Notes: generated by a model not told the origin, from the letters alone. Shown: positions 10,615 through 21,091, numbered from the stretch's first letter. The stretch: DNA of 48,041 nucleotides from Cellvibrio sp. (GCA_035456025.1 DATIDX010000134.1:1-48041), one strand, 5' to 3'. Program-made: numbers and translations.

Positions 10615-11235
10615 TTATGTAGCCAAGTTTGGAAATAGCCCTTTAATTCCTCCTGCGATAAATTCCACCGCAATAGCCACCAATAATAAACCCATAATCC
10701 GTGTCGACATGACAATACTGCGCTTACTCAGATGACCGCGAAACCAAGGAAGAAATTTAAAACACAGCATGAGAGAAATGCTTATCAGCAAAATACACAA
10801 GGTGATCGCTACGTAGTGGGCAATGGAATTGGATTGGTGAGCGTACACAATCACGGCACTCATGGCTCCCGGCCCGGCCAACAACGGCATAGTGAGCGGA
10901 ACCAGGGCGATGGTTTCATCTTGCGCCGCCTCTACATCGGCGAGTGTGTAGCCGCGTGACTGCAACATTCCCAAGCCCATTAACAAAAGGATCACGCCGC
11001 CAGCACAGCGGAAGGCGTCGACGCTAATGCCGAATGCCCACAAGATCCACTCACCAAATAACAACGCCACCATTAAGGCGAAAAATACGGAAACTACCGT
11101 TAGCCGCGCAGTTTTAAGTTGCTGCTCTTTACTTTGGTGAACCGTGAGCGCAATAAATACAGGGATGGCGCCAATAGGATCAACTATTGCCAATAAACCG
11201 ATCAGGAACTTGGTGTATTCGGTAATTTCCAGCAT
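10615..11235 (-). CDS. marC: MarC-family membrane protein
   Basis: DPIGAIPVF, FGISVDAFRCAGG, VPLTMPLLAGPGAM, RIMGLLLVAIAVEFI. Confidence 0.92.
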   Translation of the reverse strand: MLEITEYTKFLIGLLAIVDPIGAIPVFIALTVHQSKEQQLKTARLTVVSVFFALMVALLFGEWILWAFGISVDAFRCAGGVILLLMGLGMLQSRGYTLADVEAAQDETIALVPLTMPLLAGPGAMSAVIVYAHQSNSIAHYVAITLCILLISISLMLCFKFLPWFRGHLSKRSIVMSTRIMGLLLVAIAVEFIAGGIKGLFPNLAT

Positions 11236-11311
11236 ATTTCAGACTTCATTACTGAACGTGTTTTGAGTCTAGGCCGGATTGGAAAAAGTTGCCTTCAAGC
11301 AGGGCTATTTA

Positions 11312-11344
11312 AACGAAAAGAAAAAGGAGGGATTAAATCCCTCC
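11312..11344 (-). terminator. Intrinsic terminator after rseB
   Basis: GGAGGGATT/AATCCCTCC inverted repeat (11326-11344) overlapping the stop, followed by a T-rich tract on the minus strand. Confidence 0.65.
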
Positions 11345-12328
11345 AATGTTCTGTGCGATTTTCTGGGCAGTAATAACAGGGATCTCACCAACCACTGTGA
11401 TGCGGTAACTTTTCCCCTGAAAGCGCAGCGCATCCATTACCGCCAGGGTCGCACCGCGTTGGGCTACACCTTCGGGTATGGCGCCTGCAGCCTCTTCAAT
11501 AAAAACTGAAAAGGTCGTGAGGCCGTCGGTGTACATCAACATATCAATTTGTTCACGTACTTGGCGCTGGCCAACAAATGCAAAACCAGGCGGTACCCAG
11601 GCCAGCTGCCAGCGCTCTGGCTGCTTGAGCGACGATGGATTGCAGTCGGTCAGTTTTGAGGCAGCAGATCGCTGAAGCTTGGCAGCGGGTTGCTGCTGCA
11701 AACTTTTTAAATCGGGGCTGAGGTCAAGATCGATAAATTGATAGCGCTCAAGTGGGCGCGCCGATTCGTCAACCAGCCACGACTTAAGCACCAGACCAGT
11801 CTCATTATCAATGGTAAGCAGTGAACTGTGGCGGTAATTATCCAGCGGCAATGCGAGCAATGCCGTCGCCTCACGACCTGCGACTCGCTCGGGGCCGCGA
11901 ATCTCGAACTTATATAATTGATCCATACGCGCCAGATTAGCCCCCAGCTGGCTGATCTTGCCTTGCAATAATTGATCGCCAACCGACTCACAACCAATTG
12001 CCTTGCCCGACCGTAAAAACTCCCGTTCCGGACCATTCAAATGCTGTAAACGTTCATGCTCAACACCGTCTTCCACCCAGTGAAGAATCCGAAAACTTTG
12101 CAACGAGGGGTTGTCTTTATGCTGATAGGTGAACGAGCCTTGATAATTAAGCGTGTGCGGTACGCTCGCCATCTTCTGCAGCAATTTCACAACTTCAGGA
12201 GATTGCACAACACCACTAGATGCCGCTTGTGCCGACACACCAGACCCAGACTCTTGTGCTTGGCAATGGAAACTAAATAGCAGTGGGGATAACAACAAAA
12301 AAACACGGAGGGATGAAGGAATTGACAT
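11333..12328 (-). CDS. rseB: MucB/RseB periplasmic negative regulator of sigma-E
   Basis: LNYQGSFTY, ERLQHLNGPERE, WVPPGF, YTDGLTTFSVFIE, ITVVGEIP; signal peptide; follows rseA. Confidence 0.92.
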   Translation of the reverse strand: MSIPSSLRVFLLLSPLLFSFHCQAQESGSGVSAQAASSGVVQSPEVVKLLQKMASVPHTLNYQGSFTYQHKDNPSLQSFRILHWVEDGVEHERLQHLNGPEREFLRSGKAIGCESVGDQLLQGKISQLGANLARMDQLYKFEIRGPERVAGREATALLALPLDNYRHSSLLTIDNETGLVLKSWLVDESARPLERYQFIDLDLSPDLKSLQQQPAAKLQRSAASKLTDCNPSSLKQPERWQLAWVPPGFAFVGQRQVREQIDMLMYTDGLTTFSVFIEEAAGAIPEGVAQRGATLAVMDALRFQGKSYRITVVGEIPVITAQKIAQNIGGI

Positions 12329-12400
12329 TCTGAACTCATCGAAGAGTGGAACAAGGGAGCAGCATAACTGCTCCACTTGTTAAAGCAATGACTAGAGAGA

Positions 12401-13150
12401 TTATTCCTCGTCGATCAATATCACACGGGTGTAAGGCAACATACCTTGACCGCTATTAAGGGAAGCATTGTCAGTATGTTCCTGAATAAGTTGGTTCACA
12501 TAGGTGCTAATGTCTTCGTTATAAATAGGTGCAGCTTCCTGTCGTGGCACAAACATCACACGACGATTTTCCTGCGGGCGTGATTCATAACCGCTCTGCA
12601 CAGCTACAGTACGTGCCGAAAGTGCCGGAGCATTAATACCGGATGGCAAATTAGCTGCCTTGGTTTCAACCGTAGCCACTGGTTTGACTACTGAAGTGTT
12701 AGCGGCAACCTCGGCTGTTTGCGGAGCACCACCCGATTGATATTGTTGCACGCCCACAATCAAAGCACCGGCAACCGACGCAGCCACGGCGACACGGCCT
12801 GCTTGTTGCCACCAGCGCATTGGCATAGCAACTACATTGCCCGCAATGACACCATTATTAGTAATCGATTGAACCGGAGGCGCTTGATCAACAATTTCCG
12901 GTTTCTGAGAATAGGTCTCTTCAGCATCAATCGCTGCGCTAATACGGGAAGCAAAATCGCCGGAGGCCATTACTTCCAAATTACCCTTTAGACCAGCGCT
13001 TGCGAGTTGATAGCGGGACCAGGTGGACTTGATTTCCGGGTCTGCATCAAGCGCCTTAAGCAGCCGCTGCAGCTCCAGCTCGGATACCTGGTTATCCATA
13101 AGTGCTGACAAGGATTCGGCAAGCACTGGTGATTGGATTTGCTCTGTCAT
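12401..13150 (-). CDS. rseA: Anti-sigma-E factor RseA/MucA
   Basis: ESLSALMD...WSRYQL N-terminal domain, single TM (AVAASVAGALIVGV). Start MTEQ at 13150 with upstream GAGG. Confidence 0.92.
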   Translation of the reverse strand: MTEQIQSPVLAESLSALMDNQVSELELQRLLKALDADPEIKSTWSRYQLASAGLKGNLEVMASGDFASRISAAIDAEETYSQKPEIVDQAPPVQSITNNGVIAGNVVAMPMRWWQQAGRVAVAASVAGALIVGVQQYQSGGAPQTAEVAANTSVVKPVATVETKAANLPSGINAPALSARTVAVQSGYESRPQENRRVMFVPRQEAAPIYNEDISTYVNQLIQEHTDNASLNSGQGMLPYTRVILIDEE

Positions 13151-13245
13151 TCTCGCTGATGCCTCTGTGCAAAAAAAACTATGAAAAAATTTACGTTTTA
13201 TATTTGGCTCGATCAGCAGAAGCGCTCCTCTGCCTAGCTGCTTTC

Positions 13246-13272
13246 TATGACTTGACGACAATCAATTGGTTC
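13246..13272 (-). promoter_or_regulatory. Candidate internal sigma-E promoter for rseA-rseB
   Basis: Minus strand GAACCA-N16-TCATA in the rpoE-rseA gap; partial match to GAACTT-N16-TCTnA. Confidence 0.45.
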
Positions 13273-13344
13273 AAAGATTTACAAAAAATTGTGCAAGTTT
13301 TTCAATAGACTTGCAATTACCTAGTTTCACCTGGCCGATAACGC

Positions 13345-13935
13345 CTATATATCTTCAATCAGCGGCTTGATGCGTTTATCAATCGCCTCACGCGCACGGA
13401 AAATACGCGAGCGCACCGTACCCACCGGACAGGCCATTACTTCGGCTATCTCTTCGTAACTTAAACCATCGATTTCGCGCAGGGTTACTGCGGTACGCAA
13501 GTCATCAGGCAAATCCCGGAATGCCTGGGTAATCGTATCCTGTAGCTCGTCACACAATATATTGTGCTCGGGCGTATTCAACTCATGCATGCCGTCATTA
13601 CCATCGAAGAACTCTGCATCTTCGATTTCCACATCGCTGGTCGGCGGACGACGGTTGCGGGCAACTATGTGGTTTTTCGCAGTATTAATCGCAATCCGGT
13701 AAATCCAGGTATAAAAAGCACTATCCCCGCGAAAGTTGGGCAACGCGCGATAGGCCTTGATAAAAGCCTCTTGGGCTACATCCTGAGCCTCGGCGTGATC
13801 ACGAATAAACCGGCTTATCACCGCTAATACTTTGTGTTGGTACTTAATCACTAGCAAATCAAACGCGCGTTTATCGCCTTTTTGAACTCGCTCGACCAAT
13901 TGCTGATCAACATCAGGCGCTAGTTGCGCTGTCAT
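13345..13935 (-). CDS. rpoE: ECF sigma factor RpoE/AlgU
   Basis: DQQLVERVQKGDKRAFDLLVIKYQHK, FRGDSAFYTWIYRIAINTAKN, CPVGTVRSRIFRAREAID. Confidence 0.98.
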   Translation of the reverse strand: MTAQLAPDVDQQLVERVQKGDKRAFDLLVIKYQHKVLAVISRFIRDHAEAQDVAQEAFIKAYRALPNFRGDSAFYTWIYRIAINTAKNHIVARNRRPPTSDVEIEDAEFFDGNDGMHELNTPEHNILCDELQDTITQAFRDLPDDLRTAVTLREIDGLSYEEIAEVMACPVGTVRSRIFRAREAIDKRIKPLIEDI

Positions 13936-14020
13936 TCTTTAACCCCCAAGCGCCCCGACCTTCTCGGTTACGGGGAAAGCCAATATTTCTATGCCTAAGT
14001 CTATTAAAAATGACCGGCTC

Positions 14021-14047
14021 ATAGACAAAATCATGTCTGAAAAGTTC
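14021..14047 (-). promoter_or_regulatory. Sigma-E (AlgU) autoregulatory promoter of rpoE
   Basis: Minus strand GAACTT-N16-TCTAT, matching the AlgU/RpoE consensus, about 85 nt upstream of the rpoE ATG. Confidence 0.8.
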
Positions 14048-14110
14048 ATGGCGGATTATACGGAGTAATTATCGCGATAGCTGTTTACTTCGTAAAAACC
14101 GATGCGGGCT

Positions 14111-14119
14111 TGTTATACT
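14111..14119 (+). promoter_or_regulatory. Extended -10 element upstream of nadB
   Basis: TGtTATACT followed by GC-rich CCGCCCC. Confidence 0.5.
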
Positions 14120-14175
14120 CCGCCCCTTGTCGCTCTTTATACTGTAATTCTTCTCGCGAATCGGATTTTATTTGC

Positions 14176-15801
14176 ATGAAAAAACACTATCAATACGATG
14201 TACTGGTTATTGGCTCAGGGGCCGCCGGCCTCACACTTGCGCTTAGTCTAGCTCAACAAGCGCGGGTCGCAGTACTGAGTAAAAATGAAATCAACCAGGG
14301 TTCTACCTGGTTTGCACAAGGCGGGATTGCCGCCGTATTGGACGACCAGGACTCTATTGATGCACATGTGGCCGATACCTTGATCGCAGGCGCAGGGCTA
14401 TGTCATGAGGATGCCGTGCGGTTCACCGTTGAACGCAGCAAAGATGCAATCCAATGGCTTATTGACCAAGGCGTCAACTTCACCAAAGAAAACAACAATG
14501 GCGACTACCATCTAACCAAAGAAGGCGGCCACAGTCATCGACGCATCATCCATAGTGCTGATGCCACTGGCCAAGCCGTGCACTCAACCTTGATCGATCA
14601 AGTTCAGCAACAATCAAACATCGATATTTTTGAACATCATGTTGCGGTGAACCTGATCTCCCAAGCGGATGCGGATTCGCGCAAACTGCGTTGCACGGGT
14701 GCCTACGTACTGGATAGTAACAACGACGCAGTACATGTGTTTCAAGCTAAGGTTGTGGTCCTTGCGACAGGCGGCGCCAGCAAGGTTTATCTTTATAGCA
14801 GCAACCCGGATAGTGCCAGTGGCGATGGAATCGCCATGGCATGGCGCGCCGGCTGCCGCGTGGCCAATATGGAGTTCAACCAGTTCCATCCGACCTGCTT
14901 ATATCACCCGCGCGCAAAAAACTTTTTGATTACCGAGGCGCTACGCGGTGAAGGAGCTTATTTGCGCCTGCCTAACGGCGAACGCTTTATGCCACGCTTT
15001 GACGAGCGTGAAGAATTAGCACCGCGCGATATAGTCGCGCGCGCAATTGACCATGAAATAAAACGTCTCGGTTGCGAATGTGTTTATTTGGACATCAGCC
15101 ATAAGTCCGAAGAATTTATCAGCGAACACTTTCCCACAGTGAAGGCCCGCTGCCTGGAGTTTGGTATCGACATTACCAAAGAGGCCATACCGGTAGTGCC
15201 CGCCGCGCACTACACCTGTGGCGGCGTGCTGGTCGACAATAACGGGCAAACTGACTTACAACATCTTTATGCTATTGGCGAGACTTCATTTACTGGCCTG
15301 CATGGCGCCAACCGCATGGCGAGCAATTCCCTGCTGGAGTGCATCGTATACGCCCAGTCGGCGGCGCAACATATTCTGGCCAAGCTACAAAACATTCGCC
15401 CGCCCGAACTGTCACCGCAGTGGGATGAATCGCGTGTGCGGGATTCAGATGAAGATGTGGTTATCTCTCATAACTGGGATGAGTTGCGACGGTTTATGTG
15501 GGACTACGTAGGGATTGTCCGCACCCATAAACGCCTTGAGCGCGCGACCCATCGCATAAAGCTGCTACAAAAGGAAATCGCCGAGTATTACAGCAACTAC
15601 AAGATCAGCAGCGATTTGATTGAACTGCGCAATCTCGCGATTGTTGCCGAGCTGATTATCCGTTCAGCACACGAACGCAAAGAGAGCCGCGGTCTGCATT
15701 TCTCGCTCGATTATCCGGAAAAGTCCCCAATCGCGCGCGATACCATAGTGATGCCGACCAATTTTGCCGGGCAAGATGTGATTGTAAGTAAGGAGGCCTA
15801 G
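14176..15801 (+). CDS. nadB: L-aspartate oxidase
   Basis: [47 protein letters not shown]; divergent from rpoE as in other gammaproteobacteria. Confidence 0.97.
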   Translation: MKKHYQYDVLVIGSGAAGLTLALSLAQQARVAVLSKNEINQGSTWFAQGGIAAVLDDQDSIDAHVADTLIAGAGLCHEDAVRFTVERSKDAIQWLIDQGVNFTKENNNGDYHLTKEGGHSHRRIIHSADATGQAVHSTLIDQVQQQSNIDIFEHHVAVNLISQADADSRKLRCTGAYVLDSNNDAVHVFQAKVVVLATGGASKVYLYSSNPDSASGDGIAMAWRAGCRVANMEFNQFHPTCLYHPRAKNFLITEALRGEGAYLRLPNGERFMPRFDEREELAPRDIVARAIDHEIKRLGCECVYLDISHKSEEFISEHFPTVKARCLEFGIDITKEAIPVVPAAHYTCGGVLVDNNGQTDLQHLYAIGETSFTGLHGANRMASNSLLECIVYAQSAAQHILAKLQNIRPPELSPQWDESRVRDSDEDVVISHNWDELRRFMWDYVGIVRTHKRLERATHRIKLLQKEIAEYYSNYKISSDLIELRNLAIVAELIIRSAHERKESRGLHFSLDYPEKSPIARDTIVMPTNFAGQDVIVSKEA

Positions 15802-15824
15802 CAAATTGGCAACCCGACGATTCA

Positions 15825-16328
15825 TTAAGCCTTGGGGATGAGTGATGCGCGCAACCAGGCGCGCAAACGGCCATTATCCTCAGAGTTCATCGAATCTGCG
15901 AACAACAACAGGCGGCAGGTCTTACCGTCAGCCATGTCCTTTAAGGGCATAATGATTATCCACGACCAACACAATACCTCACCCGCCAGTTCCAATTGGT
16001 GACTCATCCCTGCTTGCTCAAGCACCCATTGATTCCCGGCGTACCCAAGCGCACCGGTCAATTCATTCGTCATCTCCCGCCGATATACGATGTAAAGGAA
16101 GCCGAGGGCGAAAATTCCCGGAACTATCCACATAGGTTGATCAATAACAAACGGATAAACCGCTAACCCTAGACAGAGTGCAAACAGCAAATAACTGAAG
16201 CGATAGATTATCGAGCGGTGGGAGGAAGCCTTGATCTTAACCGCCGCAAGCAACGGCGACGGTTTTAACGAAGGGAGGTCGGCTGAGCCGGTGTTATCAA
16301 CTGCTTTTTTGAAGGCCAGTGTTTGCAC
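15825..16328 (-). CDS. YgfX-like membrane protein
   Basis: Two N-terminal TM helices and LLLFADSM...RLRAWLR C-terminal motif, directly after sdhE. Start uncertain (GTG 16328 overlapping sdhE, or TTG 16253). Confidence 0.7.
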   Translation of the reverse strand: MQTLAFKKAVDNTGSADLPSLKPSPLLAAVKIKASSHRSIIYRFSYLLFALCLGLAVYPFVIDQPMWIVPGIFALGFLYIVYRREMTNELTGALGYAGNQWVLEQAGMSHQLELAGEVLCWSWIIIMPLKDMADGKTCRLLLFADSMNSEDNGRLRAWLRASLIPKA

Positions 16329-16548
16329 GAATAATTTCCACAATCCGTTGTAATTCAGGGTTGGCTGGATTTTCCCGGCGCAGAAACCAAGCGAACAAAT
16401 CCTGATCCTGCTCTTCCAATAACAACCAATAACGCTCTTTATCTGCCTGCTCCAAGTTCGGGTAGACATTTTCCAGGAACGGCATCAACACCAGATCCAG
16501 CTCCAGCATTCCGCGCCGGCTTCCCCAAAACAACCGATTGATATCCAC
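16297..16548 (-). CDS. sdhE: FAD assembly factor SdhE
   Basis: RLFWGSRRGMLELDL (RGxxE motif), DQDLFAWF; GTG start. Confidence 0.95.
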   Translation of the reverse strand: MDINRLFWGSRRGMLELDLVLMPFLENVYPNLEQADKERYWLLLEEQDQDLFAWFLRRENPANPELQRIVEIIRANTGLQKSS

Positions 16549-16602
16549 ACTTCCACCTACTGTTAGCCATTCAACGGAGCGGCATTATAGACGAGCAGTT
16601 GG

Positions 16603-17919
16603 CTAAACGCTTGCCTTGATCGTCCGGTTGCGCCCTTGGGCTTTGGCCTCGTAGAGCGCAACATCCACACGGCGAAATAACCGGTGGAACGAGATTTTTC
16701 CATCGCTGGCGCCAACCCCCAAACTGATAGTAACGCGCAGCTCAGGGAATTGGTTGAAGTTGGCCGCAGCAACCAGACCGCGCATTTTTTCTGCCATCAG
16801 GTATGCATCTTCCAAGCGAGTATCTGGCAACACCACTACAAATTCTTCGCCACCCCAACGAGCCACCTGGTCACTGTGGCGAATATTCGCTTTAACCAAC
16901 CCGCTCACCTGTTTGAGTACAATGTCGCCGCCTTCATGCCCGAGCGAATCATTGATCTTCTTGAAATGATCAATATCGATAACCACCATGGATACCGGCT
17001 TTTCAACATCCATCGTGAAGTATTGCTCGATGTATTCGGAGAGTCCTTGCCGGTTCAATAGCCCGGTCAATGGGTCGACCATCGACAACTTTTTATATCT
17101 ATCTGTCTCCTGAGCAAGCAGTGAATTTTGATTGGCCAACCGCTCAAGTCGCTGCTGCTCCAAGCGAATTCTTTTTGTCAGTCTTGCGAGGCTAGTCGCC
17201 CCGACGATCACAATAATGCTCAACCAAAACACCAAGATGCCGAGGTACCAATCCTCCCGAGAAACCCACTCTCCAACGAATTCCAATCTGTTTAGCTTAA
17301 AATTATGTTTGCCTGGCAGGTTGACGTAACTGAGATCAATCCCAAACGCGATTACATGTCGAAAATCGGGCAGTGAGTTTTCCCTCGGCGCGGTATATTG
17401 GGTAATCCACCACTCCGCCACGGAAAATTCAGACAGGCTCAACACCAGATCATTCTTAATGTAATTAACTGGAACATGTACATTGTTGAATTTGGCGGTC
17501 TGTAATTCATTGATATCCGAAAAACCCGGTTCATAATTGCGTAAATAAAAACGCAACCGCTGGTCACTTCCACTGTATTGCACATCGATATTAATGGTTT
17601 TATAGCTGGTCAGATCTATTCCTTTACCGCCTGGCCCACCGCCCAAAAACACATTGAAACCACAGCTATGGGGTTTCCCGTCATCTTCTATATTGCATTC
17701 CCAAGCCAACCCTTCAAAGTCGGTCCATGAAACCATAGATTCACCCATCGAATTATTATCGGCATAGATATAGTGGGGAATATTGGCAGAAGGAACCGCC
17801 AGCATTTTTTTTGCTGGCAAAAATTCGTAGGCGTACATGACGGCCACGGTTAAGAGACAGTAAAGAAAAACTTTGTAAAAACCGCTTTCACGGATTTCGG
17901 GATAATGCTTATAGGTCAC
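16603..17919 (-). CDS. Membrane-anchored diguanylate cyclase with periplasmic beta-sandwich sensor
   Basis: TM - about 190 aa periplasmic domain - TM - coiled coil - DPLTGLLNR, DIDHFKKIND, RHSD I-site and GGEEF active site. Confidence 0.92.
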   Translation of the reverse strand: MTYKHYPEIRESGFYKVFLYCLLTVAVMYAYEFLPAKKMLAVPSANIPHYIYADNNSMGESMVSWTDFEGLAWECNIEDDGKPHSCGFNVFLGGGPGGKGIDLTSYKTINIDVQYSGSDQRLRFYLRNYEPGFSDINELQTAKFNNVHVPVNYIKNDLVLSLSEFSVAEWWITQYTAPRENSLPDFRHVIAFGIDLSYVNLPGKHNFKLNRLEFVGEWVSREDWYLGILVFWLSIIVIVGATSLARLTKRIRLEQQRLERLANQNSLLAQETDRYKKLSMVDPLTGLLNRQGLSEYIEQYFTMDVEKPVSMVVIDIDHFKKINDSLGHEGGDIVLKQVSGLVKANIRHSDQVARWGGEEFVVVLPDTRLEDAYLMAEKMRGLVAAANFNQFPELRVTISLGVGASDGKISFHRLFRRVDVALYEAKAQGRNRTIKASV

Positions 17920-18140
17920 GAGGATTCACCTTATGTAAGCATTTCGGATGCCGGGTTTACATTAGACGCTTTATAAATAGTTATTTTTCAATTACGGTGG
18001 CAATTAAAAATCTAAATTGCATTGGCTATTTATAGTCCAGAACGTAATAAGTGCCAACATAACGCAGACAAAACCAAGCATGTTCTCGCCGGGTTGTCAG
18101 CAGGCTCAAACTCCTAACGAATTTTTTGGTGACCTAAATT

Positions 18141-19103
18141 ATGGCTAACCTCGACCTCCAACCAAGCCAATCAACACAGTGGGTTGAGCTCAATCAAAAC
18201 CGCGTGCTACTCGTTAAGGGCCAGGATGCAAGCAAGTTTTTACAAGGTCAGGTTACCTGCGACCTACGCGAGCTAAGTGCATCAGTCACTCGCCTTGGAG
18301 CCCAGTGCAACCCCAAAGGCCGGATTCTGCTTACATTTCGAGCCCTACAGTTGGATGCAGATACTATCGCTTTACGCATCCCAGCTTCGATGGTCGAAAA
18401 AGCAAAAGCCTCGCTTGGCAAATACATAGTATTTTCTAAGGCCAAATTGCATGACGGCGGCAATTACACCCTGTTTGGTATCTACGGGGACAGCGCGCGA
18501 CAAATTGCTGAAACCACGTTTACATCAGTGCCCACTGAAAACGACGGCTGGCTGGAAAAAAACGGCAACATCCTGATCCGGTTAGCATCAGATCGTTATG
18601 AGTGCTGGATAAGCTCCACCAACATGGCTAATTTTCACCAATATATTAATAGCCATGCGAGTGCTGGTGATCCGCAGGTTTGGGATTTGCTCAATATTCG
18701 CGCAGGCATCGCCGATATTTACCCGGAAACAATAGAGCTATTTACCCCTCAGGAAATCAATTACCAATTAATTAATGGCATCAGCTTCCGCAAAGGGTGC
18801 TACACCGGGCAAGAGATTGTGGCGCGACTGCATTATCGCGGGAAACTAAAACGCCACATGTATCGCTTCCGGTTGAACAGTGGCCAACTTCCACTTCTCG
18901 GCTCAGCCCTGATAAATGCCGAAACCCAACAAGTTAGCGGACATGTGGTTAACGCAGCGATTGCGTCACCTTCAGAGGTCGAGCTGCTCGCCTCACTTCT
19001 GGACGAACAATTGGATCAAGTGCGATTGGAAACAAGCCCGGAAAATTTAATCCACCTGCCACTACCCTATGCTATACCTACAGCAGATGATAAAACCGAA
19101 TAG
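18141..19103 (+). CDS. ygfZ: Folate-binding Fe-S/tRNA-modification protein YgfZ
   Basis: KGCYTGQEIVAR signature, FLQGQVTCD. Confidence 0.95.
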   Translation: MANLDLQPSQSTQWVELNQNRVLLVKGQDASKFLQGQVTCDLRELSASVTRLGAQCNPKGRILLTFRALQLDADTIALRIPASMVEKAKASLGKYIVFSKAKLHDGGNYTLFGIYGDSARQIAETTFTSVPTENDGWLEKNGNILIRLASDRYECWISSTNMANFHQYINSHASAGDPQVWDLLNIRAGIADIYPETIELFTPQEINYQLINGISFRKGCYTGQEIVARLHYRGKLKRHMYRFRLNSGQLPLLGSALINAETQQVSGHVVNAAIASPSEVELLASLLDEQLDQVRLETSPENLIHLPLPYAIPTADDKTE

Positions 19104-19123
19104 CGCTTGTAGCAGGATCACCG

Positions 19124-19960
19124 ATGAACCCCATTGCCGAAAAAGTCCGCCACGAAATTATTACCGCGATTAACAATGACCAACTTGTTTTACCGACCCT
19201 GCCCGAAGTCGCCCTAAAAGTCAGAGAAGTTGCGGATGATCCTGATGCAGATATCGACAAACTGAACACCGTTATTGGTGGTGACGCCGCCTTGAGTGCG
19301 CGCATCATCCGAGTTGCCAATAGCCCGCTCCTGCGTGCCAGCCGCGCAATAGAAGATTTGCGCACCGCGCTAATGCGACTGGGCATTCAATACACCTGCA
19401 ATATCGCCACCGGCCTTGCGATGGAGCAAATGTTTCAAGCCACATCCGATTTAGTAGACATGCGTATGCGGGAAGTCTGGAGTCGTTCCAGCGAGGTTGC
19501 GGGCATCAGTCATGTACTCTGTAAACATTACACCCGCTTGCGTCCGGATCAGGCGACGCTTGCGGGACTGGTACACAAAATCGGGGTACTACCAATACTC
19601 ACTTACGCGGAGGATCACCCTGCGCTGCTCAAAGATAGCTTTACCTTGGACGCTGTAATCGATGAATTGCATGGCCCGATAGGCGACATCATTTTAAAAA
19701 CTTGGGGTTTTCCCGACGAGCTAGCGCATATCCCCACCCAACACCTTAACTTTTCGCGTGAAATCCCAAAAGTGGACTATAGCGATATAGTTACAGTGGC
19801 CGTGCTGCAAAGTTATGCAGGCACAGATTCGGCTTTGGGCAAAATAAATTGCTCAAAGGTGAAAGCATTTGAAAGACTTGGACTCGATCCGGATGTGGAT
19901 ATTTCCGAATCAGAAGATCTGAGCGGAGAAATGGAAGCCGCCATGTCACTGTTACTCTAA
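19124..19960 (+). CDS. HDOD domain protein
   Basis: LPTLPEVALKV, DAALSARIIRVANSP, ATLAGLVHKIG, WGFP. Confidence 0.93.
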   Translation: MNPIAEKVRHEIITAINNDQLVLPTLPEVALKVREVADDPDADIDKLNTVIGGDAALSARIIRVANSPLLRASRAIEDLRTALMRLGIQYTCNIATGLAMEQMFQATSDLVDMRMREVWSRSSEVAGISHVLCKHYTRLRPDQATLAGLVHKIGVLPILTYAEDHPALLKDSFTLDAVIDELHGPIGDIILKTWGFPDELAHIPTQHLNFSREIPKVDYSDIVTVAVLQSYAGTDSALGKINCSKVKAFERLGLDPDVDISESEDLSGEMEAAMSLLL

Positions 19961-20011
19961 TCCGGTGGCGGGCACCATTATTCCACCCTTCCTGAAAGTA
20001 TCTGCTGCAAT

Positions 20012-20046
20012 AAAAACAAACCCCGCTTTTTACGGCGGGGTTTGTT
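20012..20046. terminator. Bidirectional intrinsic terminator between HDOD and rpoS
   Basis: AACAAACCCCGC-N8-GCGGGGTTTGTT inverted repeat with T tracts on both strands. Confidence 0.8.
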
Positions 20047-20089
20047 ATCAAGCGATGATTTTTTAAATCGTTATCACGCCAGTCATTAT

Positions 20090-21091
20090 TTAAGCACTAA
20101 ACAACGCCGCACTGTCCAAGCCTTGTTTTTCCATAATGTCACGCAGACGCTTTAAAGCTTCAACCTGGATTTGACGTACACGCTCGCGGGTTAAGCCTAT
20201 CTCAAGACCTACTTCTTCAAGGGTACTGACTTCATAGCCGCGCAGACCAAAACGGCGCGCTAAAACCTCGCGTTGTTTTTCAGTCAACTCATCCAGCCAA
20301 TGATCGAGGCTAGTCGTCAAATCTGCATCTTGCAAAAGTGCAGCCGGGTCAGACACGTGAGTATCAGCAATCGTATCTACGATCGCGCGATCAGATGAAT
20401 TGCCAATAGGTGCGTCAATGGAGGTTACCCGCTCGTTCAGGCTGAGCATATGCTCAACATCTGCAACGGGCTTCTCAAGAAGATTAGCGATTTCTTCAGC
20501 CGTAGGTTCATGATCCAGTTTTTGCGACAGTTCGCGCGCCGCACGCAAATAAATATTTAATTCTTTAACAACATGGATGGGCAAACGAATGGTGCGAGTC
20601 TGATTCATAATCGCACGTTCAATAGTTTGGCGTATCCACCAGGTCGCGTAGGTCGAGAAACGAAAACCACGCTCAGGATCAAATTTTTCAACCGCACGAA
20701 TTAAGCCCAAATTGCCCTCTTCGATAAGATCAAGCAGAGCCAAGCCACGGTTAACATAGCGACGGGATATTTTTACAACAAGACGAAGATTGCTTTCAAT
20801 CATGCGTTTACGTGCGGCCTCATCGCCTTTTAACGCTTTACGAGCAAAAAATACTTCTTCTTCTGCGCTTAACAGGGGGGAAAATCCGATTTCGTTTAAA
20901 TATATCTGGGTGGCATCAAGGGTCTTATTATATTTATCATCAATAATTCGTTCACTTACATTGGCTACCGGCTTGGGTAAATCATCGTCTTCTTCAGCCA
21001 ACATCAACTCTGCTTCGTCCAACTCTACATCAGGCGCTATGAATGCATCATCGCGATCAAATGTGGTCGTTTCCCTATTTTGTAAAGTCAT
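20090..21091 (-). CDS. rpoS: RNA polymerase sigma factor RpoS
   Basis: [60 protein letters not shown]; follows nlpD. Confidence 0.98.
   Translation of the reverse strand: MTLQNRETTTFDRDDAFIAPDVELDEAELMLAEEDDDLPKPVANVSERIIDDKYNKTLDATQIYLNEIGFSPLLSAEEEVFFARKALKGDEAARKRMIESNLRLVVKISRRYVNRGLALLDLIEEGNLGLIRAVEKFDPERGFRFSTYATWWIRQTIERAIMNQTRTIRLPIHVVKELNIYLRAARELSQKLDHEPTAEEIANLLEKPVADVEHMLSLNERVTSIDAPIGNSSDRAIVDTIADTHVSDPAALLQDADLTTSLDHWLDELTEKQREVLARRFGLRGYEVSTLEEVGLEIGLTRERVRQIQVEALKRLRDIMEKQGLDSAALFSA

Noticed and set aside
16297-16469. ygfX reading frame stays open deep into sdhE, with an A6G run near the sdhE stop suggesting a frameshifted SdhE-YgfX fusion
   Set aside because: The A-AAA-AAG motif is not in the sdhE frame for a -1 shift (a +1 shift would be needed), and a plausible overlapping GTG start at 16328 explains ygfX more simply.
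19961-20089. Possible RsmZ-like sRNA downstream of rpoS, as in Pseudomonas
   Set aside because: Gap is only about 130 nt, lacks repeated GGA hairpins and is explained by a bidirectional terminator.
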